A DNA stretch of 63,829 nucleotides, the filler included, from Collodictyon triciliatum (taxonomy: Eukaryota), in NCBI GenBank assembly GCA_043381765.1. It is 8 parts of 8 records of this genome, joined end to end, with 100 filler letters (N's around TTAATTAATTAA, not from the genome) between each part and the next. Parts side by side here need not be neighbours in the genome. Positions count along the whole stretch, not along the records: positions 28,076 to 37,518 come from JBHJMP010003105.1; positions 37,619 to 46,856 come from JBHJMP010003107.1; 6 more parts are not named here. The stretch is one strand, 5' to 3'. A model generated the notes under the pieces. The model searched no databases. It was not told where the DNA came from and saw nothing but the letters and a program-made list of their open reading frames with translations. Positions within the stretch are counted from its first letter, which is position 1. Each line of letters opens with the position of its first letter. The translations under genes were made by a program, and so were the position numbers. Positions 28,076 to 45,900 of the stretch are shown piece by piece.

Positions 28076-28393
28076 AAAGTAGTATTCCCATCCTCTTCCA
28101 CTCCCCTCTAAACATAATCAAGCCCGCTACTTTCCCTCTCCCAAGGACTTCACCACAAGCCCTATCCTGAAAGGAATCCTTGAGCCTCTTATCAAGCCCC
28201 AGGGTCTTTACCTCCTTTCCTATTCCTTCTCACCCCCTTCTCTCTTTTCTCTATTCCCCATCTCTATACTCCTCTGATGGCACATCCGCCATCACTTTCT
28301 CTTTTTACCTCGGAATACTTGCTTGGTGGTTGGAAAAAAGATTGTTCGCACGGGCGCCAACAGCCAGGTCTGTCACGAATAATATATATAAAA
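28076..28393 (+). mobile_element. Interspersed repeat copy 2, likely 3' end of a LINE/SINE
   Basis: Aligns with 18719-19006 from 28107 with scattered substitutions and small indels. It ends GAATAATATATATAAAA. Confidence 0.7.
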
Positions 28394-29050
28394 CATTTCC
28401 AAGATCGTCCGAGGTCCACCACTTATCCACATAGCGGTGCTTTATGAATAACAAGATACAACACAATAAACACAGATAATTAAAATATCAAGACACACAT
28501 ATAGGGGGACTAAAATTTTGTAAAGTATCACAGACACCTTACAATCTGTAAATATTAAAGATTATGTATCTACTTCAATCTTGACAAGTGTATGGTTTAT
28601 TCAGATACAGAAAATAGTAATGATATTTACATAAAATAATAAAAATAAACGATTGCAAAATTGTAAATGATTTCTTATCTACGTCAAATTACATTAATGA
28701 CTTTAATATAGTGCCAGTGAAATCTATTTCGTCACAAATATCAATTTACATGGCCATCCCTTTATCTTTGCTCGGGCATTCTACAAAATCCAAGTCAGTC
28801 GAAATATATTATTTATCATTTATGTACACCATCTGCACAAAATTGAAAGGAAGAATAAAAAAAAAAATCACTTATGTACACCATGGTCATCATGTCTTTT
28901 ATGATACTTACCTCATACATACCCCTTTGATAGGGTGCTATGACACAGCGTTTCTGGACTCACCCTATTTGGCTCCTACAAACCGACCCCAACTTTATGA
29001 TTCTATTTTAAAAATTGGAAGCCTAAGTTGAACAGTTGGTCGAAAAAGCT

Positions 29051-29790
29051 ATGGCTGATCAAAATATCCAACCTCCCAACATTCGCCTGCTTAGTGCATC
29101 AAGGATTCAAAGACTACCCACTCTAGGGAATCCCTTCGTGACAAGCAAAAAAAAATAAAAAAAAATGTGCTGATTGCAGGGCGTGATACAACTGCTTTCT
29201 GACCACGTGGACACTGGCTGAGTTGAGCAGCCGTTCGGATATTCGAGTATATATTTCCCCCTCTGTCAGTTTTTCACATCTTCACTTCACTTAGTTATTA
29301 TTATCAACCTACGACGGTCAATTTTTTCCTGCATAAACTTCTGGACGAGGTTCGAGATGTGATTTGAGACTTTGAAAAGATTACATCTGACCAGCTGAGC
29401 AGACTGAGGTAAATAAAACAAGACCTAAACGAAACCTCTCGCTTATGTCTATCAGTGCCTATGGATTCTGAAACATCAATTAAGGTCTGTGTTTATTACT
29501 ATTTCTGTTTCTATTTTTATTCCTTTTCATATTTATTTATTACTATTTTATGTAATTCTGGTACGAAAAGCTTACTTTTCATTTAAATTTCCTTTTCCCT
29601 TTTTACTTTTCCATATTGAATGAATAAAAAAAAATATATAGGCAACTATGGTAGACCTTGGCTAAAAAATGAAGAGTCGATATAAAGAAACATTTTCCAA
29701 TCATACAGAAAAGATAAAAAGAAGAAAATAGGGAGCTTGAAGTCTTCATCTACTCGACTGATGTACTATGTTGGCGAATTCAAAGATAAA
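29051..29790 (+). pseudogene. Unidentified multi-exon gene relic
   Basis: Exon-like blocks, some with splice-like borders: MADQNIQPPNIRLL..., GVIQLLSDHVDTG*VEQ, KLLDEVRDVI*DFEKITSDQLSRL|GT, ATMVDLG*KMKSRYKE. The last three each carry an in-frame stop. Confidence 0.35.
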
Positions 29791-29990
29791 GTTAGTATTT
29801 TCATATAAATGGTTTAAAACAGCAACTGGCAGCCACATGAAAACTAAATCTTTTGGTATTGGGTATGTAAAAACCGATTTACCACTTTTGTTTCACGTTT
29901 TTTTTTTGGATGTTGCGTTTATTTCGTTTTGATGGAAAATTGAAGGGCTATGAGAGGGAAAATAACAGTCGGAAACAAAAGATCAGCTGC

Positions 29991-31523
29991 TTAATAGGGC
30001 TTAAACTTGCGAGATGCTTTCATCTTTGCTATGCGCTCCTTATCCTCCTCGAACTTGCGACGTAGCTCGGCCAGACCTAGGAGTGGCGATTTTCATGACA
30101 TGGTACAGAATGAACGAATGACACAGGTTTCTGTAAAGTAGATTAGAGCAAAGCAAAATGATATTCGTGGTGACCGCAGATGGGGGGAAATGTCTACAAT
30201 CAGACAACTTCAGAGGATATACTCACGCTGGACTTTCTTTTCTCTGCGTTGGAAAGCGTAGAAATTTTCCAGGACTTTCTCCTTCTTCATATTTTTTGTC
30301 ATTTTTTTGGGAGCCGCTCCTGATTTCTTCCCGTGGCGCACAGTGATCCAACCATCTTCGTCAGGCAATCTGTCTTTTTTTCTCTTCTCAATTATCTAAT
30401 GATTTCTTTCATTAACTTTGTTGGTGTGGGTCATTCAATATGGGAAAGTGCACGATTCTTACACACAGAGTGAGAAAATGCTGCGAAGGAGTAGATTCAC
30501 ACTAACCAGCGGTAGTGCGATTTCTTTCTATGCAATCTTTGTTCGTACATATGAATTACAAACCTTCTTTTCCCTCTTGTCGTAGGTATCCACAACCTGG
30601 TTGATGTGTGCTTGAAGTTTGATCAAATCAGGCCTGTTATCCTTGTACTCATCGGCCCATACTTTTGGCGGACGATTATGATCATAATTAGTCGAGATGT
30701 ATTACATAACAAGAAAAGCAATTGGAAAATTAGATTCGACGAAAATGCACAAATAAATATATGATTCATGGAGATATAATCTAAAATAAATGCATGACAT
30801 GCACATCACAAACAAAAGAACCAAAAGAGTCGATGCTGTCCGTAAAGAATATTGAACAAACCGAGAAAAAGAGGAGAGAGGCAAACAAACAAATAATTGT
30901 CGATTGGGAGCATTACCTGCTATGCCACGCTTCGTATCAAGAGGCTTTGGAAGAGTGTCTGTCTTTGTAGGCAACACAAGATCAAACAGCTCTGCTGCAC
31001 TGGCTTTCCCACTCTTACCCTTCCCCTGCGACGATGCCATTTTCGCACTCTGCTTTTTATCACTGTTGCTATCACTATCGTCGGCCTCTGAGTCGTGATC
31101 GGACGAGTCTGCATTGTCCAAGTCCCATGAGCCGTCCTGAGACTCCAGAAACGCGTTGGGCAGATGAATGCGTGCGTGTTGAGAGAGGCAGTTGAGCCGG
31201 TACTTTTGAAGCAGCATCGCATCGTCCAAGTGGGCCACAATCTCTGTTTGGCCCGGCACGGGAAGCTGCTCGACAAGCCGAGGCGCAAGAGCCTTCTGCG
31301 AGCGGGAGCGTCTTTGTCTCCAACGAAGGCTCTCGAGGCTCTTCAGCGGCGCTGTGGCCGGCAGATTTGTCGCAAATACAACAGGTGGCTGCACGCTTTG
31401 TGCTCGCACGTAAACAAAGCGAAGGAAAGGCGATTCGGTCTCCTGCTTTGTGCTTGCATTCGCTGAACTTGCGGCCAAACACGGGATCGCAAGTGCCCGG
31501 AATTGCTGATCGAGCAGGCTCAT
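29991..31523 (-). CDS. RRP7: Ribosomal RNA-processing protein 7 (RRP7/RRP7A), about 5 exons
   Basis: Spliced product ends WADEYKDNRPDLIKLQAHINQVVDTYDKREKE...LPDEDGWITVR...VLENFYAFQRRERK...LAELRRKFEEDKERIAKMKASRKFKPY*, the RRP7 C-terminal signature. The N-terminus has FVYVRA...VFATNLP. Confidence 0.92.
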
Positions 31524-32117
31524 TCTTGCTCTTCTCTTTCTCCTGAGACTCTTTTTTCTTGGTGCTGCTTGACTTGGAGTGCGGCAGGCGGTGAAGGTTT
31601 TGGGCGGATACTCGGATATTTGTGTTTTCTTTGTTCTGCCAGCCTGACGCGAGCCGCGAAAGTGGATTTATGTATTGTGTTGAAGTGGTCTGTCTAAATC
31701 TGGAATTTATGAATTTTTAAAATTATTAATCGTTATGGATTGATTGGTGGTATATGAAGATGTAATTTGAAAAGTGAAATAGACGATGTAATTTATCGGA
31801 TGTAGTTTTCAACATGCTGGGTCTTTGCTCATGTTTTTTTGTTAGAGTTGCGTCTGCAGAATTATTTACTGGTTCGATGGAATGACGATTTATATGCACC
31901 TTTATTCTCAGTAAGGTTATTCATATCTTCCTTTTATTAGGGGGGTGAGTGATAACGAGGTTTTAACAAAGAGGGATGTGTTTATCGGGCCAATAAATCA
32001 TTCCCGTATTTCCCTTTTTTCTTTTCTTTCGTCTTCAACAGCAGTATCGTTATACTAATCATATTCTCCCAGAGAAAGAAAGATAGGTACAAACATGATT
32101 ATTACTGTTTTTTTTTT

Positions 32118-35338
<3,221 letters not shown>

Positions 35339-36159
35339 TTTAATTTGAGAAGTTGATTTCTGTTTATCAGCCCGGCTGACGTATATGTATTTTTTTTTAA
35401 AAAAAAAACTGTATTAGGACTATTTCATGAATGGACATCATATGTAGTATTTATAATATTTTGAGGATGGATTCAGATTCGGCAGTTTTTTTTTCACTAT
35501 TCATTGATTATAATCATGTCACATTAGGCTCAAGGCACTGAACACGTTTGTAAAGAGTATGTTTAATAAATGGAGCGATATTTTTGTTCAAAAAATTCTG
35601 ACAAAGTGTGAAAAACACGAGTTAAGAGTTGTTGCTTTCAATAAATATGTAAAGGAATGGCTACGATTCCATTCCTTTTTCTTCAGTATTTAATTGTTTG
35701 ACAACTCAAGAATAATTGAAAAGATATTAAAACATGTATTTTTTGGATCGGGAAGAAGTAGAGGCAGCCTTTTGGAAAAGCGACACAAAATTATAGGGTA
35801 TCAGAGGTATATATTATAAAGGGGAAATACACTATTCCGAAGCTGAGAATTGAGGCATTATACCCTCGAAGAAATTGAAGTAAGGTTAAAATATTAAAGA
35901 AAACAGTATTAATTTGACGCTTAATTTTATCAACTTTAATTTATACATATATGTAGGTCCGCACAAACAGAATGACTTTAAGAACTTTAGGGTCGTTGGG
36001 CTCGTTTACCAAAGAGCAGGTTTCTTTGTTCTTTTGATGGGTCACAAACGAAATAGGGCCCAGTGTATGGACACATGAAGCAGAATATTACGCGAACAAT
36101 AAGCGACACAATCATACCCAAAAGCTTGTTTTTTTTTCAGAACTGACGTTGGCATAATA

Positions 36160-36325
36160 TGAAAAAAGAAGAAGAAAAAGAAGAAAAAGGAGAAGAAAAA
36201 GGAGAAGAAAAAGAAAAAGAAGAAAAAGAAGAAAAAGAAGAAAAAGAAGAAGAAAAAGAAGAAGAAAAAGAAGAAGGAAAAGAAGAAAAAGAAAAAGGGA
36301 AAGGAAAGGGAAAAAAAAAAAGGAA
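36160..36325. repeat. Purine-only (GAAAAA/GAA)n tract
   Basis: Low-complexity A/G repeat. It gives the spurious K/E ORF. Confidence 0.85.
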
Positions 36326-37618
36326 AACAAGAAACATACTAGGAGACTTCATTAAAGAATATAGTTTGATGAACAGGCACGCCACCAAGACAAGATCGCA
36401 CCACCGAAACACACAACGCAGCACCTCGATCGTTTCTCGTGTATTTGGTCAGTGCAAATATTTTTTTTCGTTTGTCTTCGGGAAAAGAGTTTATTCATGG
36501 GTTTGAGCAAGCCACTATGTTTGCTGCCATGCTCCCTCTTTTTTTCTTTCGTCTGAAAGGTTGCTTGTTGCTTTGTGTGTTCCTTAGGTTATTTTTTTCC
36601 TTTGAGATCTTTGTGTTTTGTCTTCTGTCACTGCCGAATCGTGGTTATATATATATATGGCGATGCCACTTGTGTCGATTCACCCAAGCGTTGCATACCG
36701 ACCTAATATAGGATTATATCGTCTATTATACATATGTGGATATTATGAATTAAATTATTATACTGCATCGCCACGCCGCAGAAGCTTTGATTTGCAATGA
36801 TTATTAATCAATAACATACTCAAACACAAGTCACGTCAGCATTTGTAACCTTGGCTTCCGTCTAACCGCCGCCACCCCACAACGCGAACCAGGCTCGTAG
36901 TAGAAACCATGATTCCCATTAAGATTATTTTATACCAACAACCACAATTAATATACGAAGAATACAATTTCTATTCTGCAGTCTCCCGAAAGCGCCACAC
37001 TCACCAACAAACGCATGCAGGAATACACAAAAGCTGTCAGATGAAAAACAAAATATGGCAAAACAGATGGAGTGCTCGTTGGATTTCAGGCTGCATTGTC
37101 GTATGAAAACTGTGAAATGTGCGAGTCTACCCAACTACATGCTGGTACAGGCCAACTTTGCTGGGATAGAGCAAAAGGCTTCTGTATCATCAAGTCAAGA
37201 GAAGGAAACAGCTCCTTCATCTTGCAACAAGTCGCTTTCCAAAAGGATGAGAGCTTCGCACCGTCGAAAAATGCAACGATATTTCACTCCTCGAATGCAA
37301 TTCCAACCACAGCCGTCCTGAACAACAAAGGAGAATGGCGCTCACGACGTCCCATCTCATACGGAGCGCCGTCGCCATTTTTCTTTCGCCTGAAGAACCA
37401 AAGGCGGTCCATTACACCTGACTCTCCGCAACTATCGATGGCCATGACATATTCCAAGCTGTTTCGATATAAAAGCATCAGTCCGAATCCCTAAAAACCG
37501 AAGAAAATGAGTTGTTGGNNNNNNNNNNNNNNNNNNNNNNNNNNNNNNNNNNNNNNNNNNNNTTAATTAATTAANNNNNNNNNNNNNNNNNNNNNNNNNN
37601 NNNNNNNNNNNNNNNNNN

Positions 37619-37707
<89 letters not shown>

Positions 37708-37856
37708 AAAAAAACAAAAAAAAAAAACAAAAAAAAACAAAAGTCGACTCAAAAATCAAGCATGTCATTTACTCTTCCCATTTTTCATTAAAGACAATAC
37801 CATCTCACGAATATCAGTTGATAAACGAAATTAAAATAATACATATGTGAATACAG

Positions 37857-40800
37857 ATCGAAAACAGGGTGCTCTTGGGTCCAACTTCAGCACTAACATT
37901 GACATGGATGATAAGACTCGTGCAATCATCACTATCGATGGAAAAGGAACCATCCAAAACATCAACCACACATGCAGGCAAGCAAATCTTTTGTCAAACG
38001 GCTGACTCAATACAATGATAAAAAAAACATGCTAATCTTCATTTTATGATAGGCTTTTACAAACTCGACATACACTTTACATTTTTTTAAAAGAATAATC
38101 TTACTTGGAGTATAGCAAGATGCTTCAATATAGCAAGGCTGAAGTTGTTGGAGCAAACATAAAAATGTTGATGCCCAGCCCTTACTCTGAGAATCATGAT
38201 ACATACCTGGCCAATTATCACCGAACAGGGGTTAAAAAGGTATGTTATATACTAAGGAAGGAAGGGACCCTACCCAATTATCGAGATTAGAAGATAGAGC
38301 ACCCTAGATGAAAATATTAGGAGATGAAAAGGGATTGGCACTAATCACATAGACAGTCACTCGCTTTTTACCCTACAATCACTTTCATACGCCCAGGTGC
38401 TCGGTTCAGTTAGGTCGCTCGACGCCAAAGCCAAAAATGGAGACTTAATTCCGATTCGCCTTTCAGTGCACCAGACTGATGTCAACGGACAGGTTCTGTT
38501 TCCTTTCAATAGTTCCAAATAAAAAAAGCTTTTCCATAGCCTCATTTTAATTTTTTTGTTATGTAAACAATTCTCTACATTTTTGCAGGTGTTTTTCGTT
38601 GGTATGCTCGAACGACAAGACGATACATCCTGCATGCTTAGTGTCAATGCGAATGGCACAGTTATGAACTGCAACCAGGTTTGATGCTATCTTTGATGCA
38701 CACGAATCCCTATTACATAAATCCAGCCTTTAGCTTAAAGATTTTAACAAATCAGCCTGACATTGGATTCAATACTTTAAAACTATTAACACATTAAAGG
38801 TCTTCTCCAAGAAATTCGGGAGGGAAACAAGAGAAATATCCGGCCGTAACTTTGGGTAAGTAGCGACTCCTATGCCGAGCCCTTAATTATATTTTCTCGT
38901 GCTATCTGGGTTGTACTAATCATCTTCCTAAAATTATATAACCACTATCTTTAACAGAGAATATTTCTCTGGACAAGCGTCAGAGAACTCTCTCGCTGCT
39001 ATTAATTTTGAAGAGATATACGGGGCTACCGAATCGATTAAACTTGTAATCTTGATAGCATAATATTTTGGATTAAAGTATTATACAATTTCTTGACATT
39101 ATTAACATTTTTTTTTTAAAAAGCATGGTTATCACGGAGATGGGCGCTTTATTCAAGTCATCATGTCACCAAAAAAAGTAGCTCGTGACGGTACTTGAAT
39201 ATATTTGCCTTTTTTTGTTTTGTTTTGATTTTCCTTAAAAAGAACAAGAATTTCATCATGCTGAGATATGACCCGAAAACAGGAACGGTTCATTATCGAT
39301 GTACATTTGAGTTTTTAGACGAAATAGAAGTAAGTATGACTGCTTAAAACCGAACCAAATTTACAATCATCCCATTCCATATCATGCCTATGCCAAGAAA
39401 CGCCGAATGCTCTTTTTTTTTTTAAAAAAAAAAAAAACTTAACGATTCATTTTCGTTCATAATCAGGTCAGTATTTCTATCGACCCCAATGGAATCATAA
39501 AAACCAGCAATCACTTCGTCAAGCATGTATTCGGGCGCACAAGAGAGGAAATTATTGGAGAAAAAATCAACATATTAATGCCTGACCCATACCGAACATT
39601 CCACGACACATATCTCCAGTAATAGAAAAGTCATCAATATGATTTTGAATAATATCATGTTATGTATGAACCAAAACTCAGACCATTGAATTTTTTGCGT
39701 AGAACGTACATGCACACAGGGATAAAGAATGTCTTGGATTCAAGTCGTGTAGTAGAAGGACAACACAAGGATAAATCACGTTTCAAACTCCATCTCCTCG
39801 TCTCAGAAGGAGAAGGTTTGTTTCTACAGGAATGTTATATATATAAATTCATATCATAAAATTGTTCACGCATAATCTGTGGCCATGTTGGTATGAAAAA
39901 TACCAATTTTTTCCCCCAACATAATCCACATTATAACATATAAATCACAGTCAACGGTGCAAAAATATTCTCTGCAAGGGCCACTTTTGCCAGAAAGACC
40001 GAAATACCAACGTGTCGATTGACTGTGGCATCTACAGGAATAATCAATAATCATAGCGAAACGTAAATTTTCGTCAATTAAAGAACAATTGTTTTTGTTA
40101 AAGTATTTGTTTACAATTATCTGTTAATTATCATTATTTTGCCATAGTTCAATCTTAGTCTTTTATAATATCCTTTCAACGATTAATTCGTTTCTAATTT
40201 ACCCAATTCATAATTATTTCTTACTACTTGCTGCAGAGCTTTGAAGATGTTTGAATCCATGACACAACTGAATGGGGTCAATATACAAAAGCTAATCAAG
40301 TTCACATCTCCGAAGTAAGATTCGTACATTTGATAATTTGGATTTTTTTAAAATGCACTTATAATTAAACTAAATTTACATATATCACATTCAATATCAA
40401 CAAGGCTTAATGAAATTGAATTTTTGGACGCCCTGCGCTCTCAATGCGGACAAGGACCGGTGTCTGTGTGCCTCACGCAGTCTGTTTATAGAGGCGCTGA
40501 GAGACGTGACCTTTCCATTGAGGTCATCCAACAAGATTTGAGCGGAGATACTTTCTTTATCATCCGGTATGTCACGGGGAATATTTTTCTTTAACTTTGC
40601 AGCTTTGAATAACCATTGAATAGTTATATTTTTAAGTGCACTGTGATATGATTTTGTTGTTTCGCTAATAGAGTCTTTGATGTAAATGGGGCTGATGTCA
40701 CGGCCACAATGAATACATCGGGAGAGCTCCTCTCCGGTAATGACCTTCTCTGCCATTTGATGGGTTACTCGATAGGAGGAATCTACGGGAAGGTATCGTT

Positions 40801-42879
40801 ACGAACTTTTGCCATCTTCTTAAGTTCTAATACGCCATGGAACTCTGAATGGAATAAGGGAAAACGCTATTACATGGAAATGAGTATTTTTTCCTTTCCC
40901 TTTCCTTTCTCAAAGTCACTTTTTTTCTGCGACAATTTTCATTTCAAACAATCAACATCGTCTAGTTTCTTGGGGATTTCATCCAAGTGCAAAGTCAGCG
41001 CCAAGTAGCATCATGTACCTAATAATACGTTATAGAACTTCCTACTATTTAGTTTAAACACCTCATTCTATGTTTAATTTATATGATTTCAGATGAATAG
41101 GATGTATTGTAATTCATAATACATACATTTCGTTCCATGTTACTCACTATATTGTCAATATAGTCGCCTTAAATACACCCGATGAGCTCACTGAGAAACC
41201 TCGAACAAACTTTCAAGAATTCATTAATATAAGGTCCATACTTTATCGAAATACTGATATATATATATTTTGTAAAAAACTCATGTTACTGCTATCTCAT
41301 CAGAACGAATGCTGTGATTAAACACCGAGACGAGACTATACTCCCAATTTATTTTGAGATAAGTCATATCGAGGAAGAATTTTTGTGCAGGTATGTGAAA
41401 AATGGCAGTATATTATCTAGCGAATAATTTGAAAAAAAAAACACCTAATCTAATCCTTTTTTTTTTCATCTCAATTTTGATTTTCCCCTACTAGAATCGC
41501 TCGTCGAGACATTCCAAGAAGTGCATCAGCCTCTTTAACTAATAAGAAAAATGAAAAGGAAATTGATGTCGAAATTGATGATAATCATTTCGCCAAAATG
41601 GAATTACAAGAGATTCAAGAAAGTGGAAATGCCGATTATGATAATGAAGAAGAAAAGCCGATGGTACATGACGTAGAAGAGAAAAGGAAGCGTAAAGGCA
41701 CACCACCTGGGGTTTCTTTTGCAAATGCACCTGGAGATGATGAAGACGAAGAGAACGATGCCGAGAACGAAATTGCAAGTGCAACTGATTCCAAAACAAA
41801 GACGAAAAAGAAAGGAAAAAGTGACAGCGAAGAAGGGGGCAGCGAACACGGCTCTTCTGAAGAGGGGTGAACATGCCAACCGAATAATTCTTTATGAAAA
41901 ATCCACACCATTTTAATTTAAACCTGAAATCTTGAACAAAACGGTTTCACCAAAGATAGTATCAGTTTAAGGCTTCGATTTCATCTTGCTCACTTTCTAT
42001 TTTTATGCGAAGTTCACACCACGAGACGAGCGCATCCAGTGTTCGCCGCGTTCAAAGGCTCCGGCGAAAGTATCAGCAAAGCAATCACCAAAACAAATCT
42101 ATTTCAGTCCTTCGTATCAGAGTGATTATTGGGCTTATTGTATTGATTGGATTATCCCTAGGATTGTATGGAGGAATAAATATCGTGAGAATGATCCCAT
42201 TCAATAATCTATTATGTCCGTAAATTCTGGGAAGAACATGAACAACCTTTCTTTCCACACCCTCATACAACCCATATGATGTAGCTTGCCACCAGCCAAA
42301 GTAGTGCCGGTATATCTGTTTCGTTGTGTGGAAACGCGATACTTTTCCATCGAAGCATTTACCTCAATCTACAATCCGTAGTTTTGACTCCTGAGTGCCA
42401 ACCGTCGTGAGCTATTTAGCTCTCTTTCAAATTATATTGGATTTCAGATGATATATATAAAAGTGAAATAAAAGAGAGCCTCTATCAGAAAATATTTATC
42501 GCCTACTATCAAAATCCGACTAAATTCCTCTCAAATCGTCCATAATCCATAGATGCTCATGGAACACAACAGAGCTTTATCAGACGATTGATGATGACAC
42601 TAGTGCTCTGGAAAATTCATTCATGGCACTTTACCTTCAAATGAAAATTTCTCATGTGGTGGGCAAATATTTCTCTTAACAAATAAAAGTTGATTGATTT
42701 TTTCTTGGAATAGAGCAGCTTAATAATACTCCAATCTGATTCGTTCAATCAAATCTAGTATGACCTGACAAAGAACTACATATATTACGATGATGCCATA
42801 CCGCCGTACGCAAACAACGGAGCAGGGCCATCCAAATTTGCTAGCAGTCGATTGCAAACGGTATACTTTAAATGCTTTC

Positions 42880-42973
<94 letters not shown>

Positions 42974-45900
42974 CTATTAGAGATGTAGAAAATATTATAT
43001 GATACTGTGTGAATAAACTCATCGAATCATATCCATTCAGCTTTTCGTAGATGATGAGTTGGATTTGCAAGAACTCACCGATACCGGCTTTACTGTATTT
43101 TTTGTTTCAATTATATATTTCTCTGGTTTGCTGTTGTGTGAAATAATTGCCACTTTTAATGATGTCACAAAAAATGAACGTCAAAGTATTTACACCCCAT
43201 TTTTGCTTTGTGTAATTTTATTTTTATGTGTAAAATTTCACTGATTACTTTTAGACATCACATATGCCCTTTATTCGTGCCGTTAGAACTTACATATTCT
43301 ATGCACGCTTCTTATCGAGACCTGATAACTGGAAGGACCCACTTGCACCAAGGTTAATTTTTTTTTTTTTGTATCTCCGATAGCATTTCGCCTTTCTTAT
43401 CATTTTCGATGAACAATATTAAATACTCGTCACTTTTATTTTGAACACTATTTTGTTGTCTCTATAATTTTCTCTAATTCAGGTATTATTTTATTATTCC
43501 TTGTCTCTCCTTATCGATAATTTATGATGACTGAGTCATTTTCAAGGGATTCTGGAAGATTATCATCATTATATAATAATTATAATCATAATAACCATAT
43601 CCGCTGTCTAGGTACTTGCATTTTATCCTAAAGAATGGACCGGAGTCCATAGGGGATTCCTGGAATGCAATCCTATCTGAATACGACAGGCTGGCATCTG
43701 AACACTCTGTGGACCTTGAACTGATACAAATCCTAGTTGTGGCTGTTGCACGTACGGCTTATAATTCAATGTCTCATATTGTTGATATTGTTATAGTTTT
43801 TTTTTTTTTTAGGAAATAGTTCATTCACGCCTAAGAAATGAAATTTAATGCTCAAATCTTTAGTGTTTTTGTTGATATCGATGGGGATTTTTGTCCTCCG
43901 CCCAAGTTTTAACAAAGTACACGAGGAACGATTCGCTGCTCTGCGCCTATTTCTTCTCATACCGAAATCTGTTGTCCGAACATTATCAAGGCTTGCAAAT
44001 AATCAATTCAAGAATCCCATTAGCTCATCACTCGATGATTTATTTCTTTTAATATTCCTTAACATATGGCTTTTTTTTAAAAAAATTTTTTTTTCTTCCT
44101 TCTACAGAATTCGAATTACACTTGAGTCCAGCGGTTCGGGAAGTGATAACTCCGACGGGGAGGAGCATCATGACGATTTGGACGAGTATTTTTTTTTTTT
44201 GTCCTCATGTATTTCATTTTTCTAAACAACTGGAAAATCAAAGAAACTTATTCACAATTTTGATCCCTGCATAAAATTGGTTATCAATTACAATTCGTGA
44301 GAGGTTATGTTTAACAATAAACAATACACCCGCACTATGCAGCCATATGGAGGAAGGAGCTGCATCGAATTCTAAAGGAAAATCTCGTTCTAATTCTAAT
44401 GGGCGGAAAGAGTTAGAATCGAATTCCAAGGGACACATATTCTCTATAATGAAAAATAAGAAAATGAAAGACGAAAAAAAGAAGCAAGTAAAGGTTCGTG
44501 AATCTCTGTGACTATTATACACCAATATTGTCTGTGGGATACAGATTGCATCTTTGTAAGGAATCTTTACCCTTTCTTTTTCTTCCTTTTTATGTATGAA
44601 GCAATACGCGGAGTCAGTTCCTGAGGAAGCACAGCAAGCTCAGCCCAACAAAAAGTTTGCTTGGATGTCCCCGATTAGGTTAGACATTTGTTCCCATCAT
44701 ACCATATACTATTCTTATTTGATTCGTATAAACACATCAAACACTACGGTATATCTCATTAGCGGATTTTCGATATATCCTTGATTTCGTCTTGATATCC
44801 GAAAGATTTTCAATCCCTTAGGTTTCTAGTTTGGTTTAATTAGTAATTTATTGCAGAGACGCCCTTGAGAGATTCACTCAAACGCAAATCATTCAACACC
44901 TAAAAATGCGTCCGATGACAAAGAAATGGCTTTCCATCCTATTCTTATTATCTCTTTGCTTTGCCGCTGTAACTTTATATGGGTACATGTTTGGAAAGAC
45001 AACAAAATCAGCTGCGTCTCAAATCTACTACGCATCTCAATTATCGAGCCTTTCACAAGACATATCTTATTACACTATTCAGGTGGCTCAAATTATTCAT
45101 AGCAAAGATAATATGGTGTATACACATAAACCATTTTTAGCAAAATTAAAAGGAGGAATAAAAAAAACGTACGTATATAAAATAAAAAGTATTTCAATCC
45201 TTCATTTTCCTTCTTTCTAGATGACATCCACAAATGTTAATGGTTCGGTCTATCAACCGAAATTGACGCATGCACTGGAGGAGTTTAAATTGAGGCTTGA
45301 TTGTTTAACACATGGGTGCTCAGAGCTTGGACTAATTCGTTCCGATAACGACGGGAATCACGCATCCCTTTTCTATTCAAATGAGTCTGACCTTATATCT
45401 TTATATTCCTATTTATATCATAAATAGATTCCCGTTCATTTGCCTACAAAGTCATTTGAATGCGTGGCTAGCCTTTAAAATTTTTTATTACTACATTACA
45501 GATGCTTCTTTAAAGACACGCGATTTTGTTTGGGGCAATCTGACAGCCTCTATGAGGTTAAAAAAAACAGACGGAAAAAAAAAACAACTTGGTTATAGAA
45601 TATAAGAAATCGGTCGATTATTGGCCTTAAAATCGGTTCTCTAATGACCCATTCATTTAAAAATTTTCATCGTAATAATCGCCTTATTCCCCAAAAAAAA
45701 AAAATACCAAAAACCCAAAGAAAAGTGTCTTATTTCTCTTGTGTTCACTACAGCTTAGCATTACTGGAGTTGTTAATATTGCTACTGAATTCGAAAGATC
45801 GGCGTATATTTTGTCCCTATTGAAATCAAATATCCCGATGACAAGTACAGACTTTGATATTGTGATACGTGGACAATCAGTGCTCTTGAGAACAGGTATA

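Noticed and set aside
37072..37494. 140-aa intronless ORF near scaffold end
   Set aside because: No recognisable motif, and overlapping ORFs of similar quality exist in other frames. It may be a relic but is unsupported.
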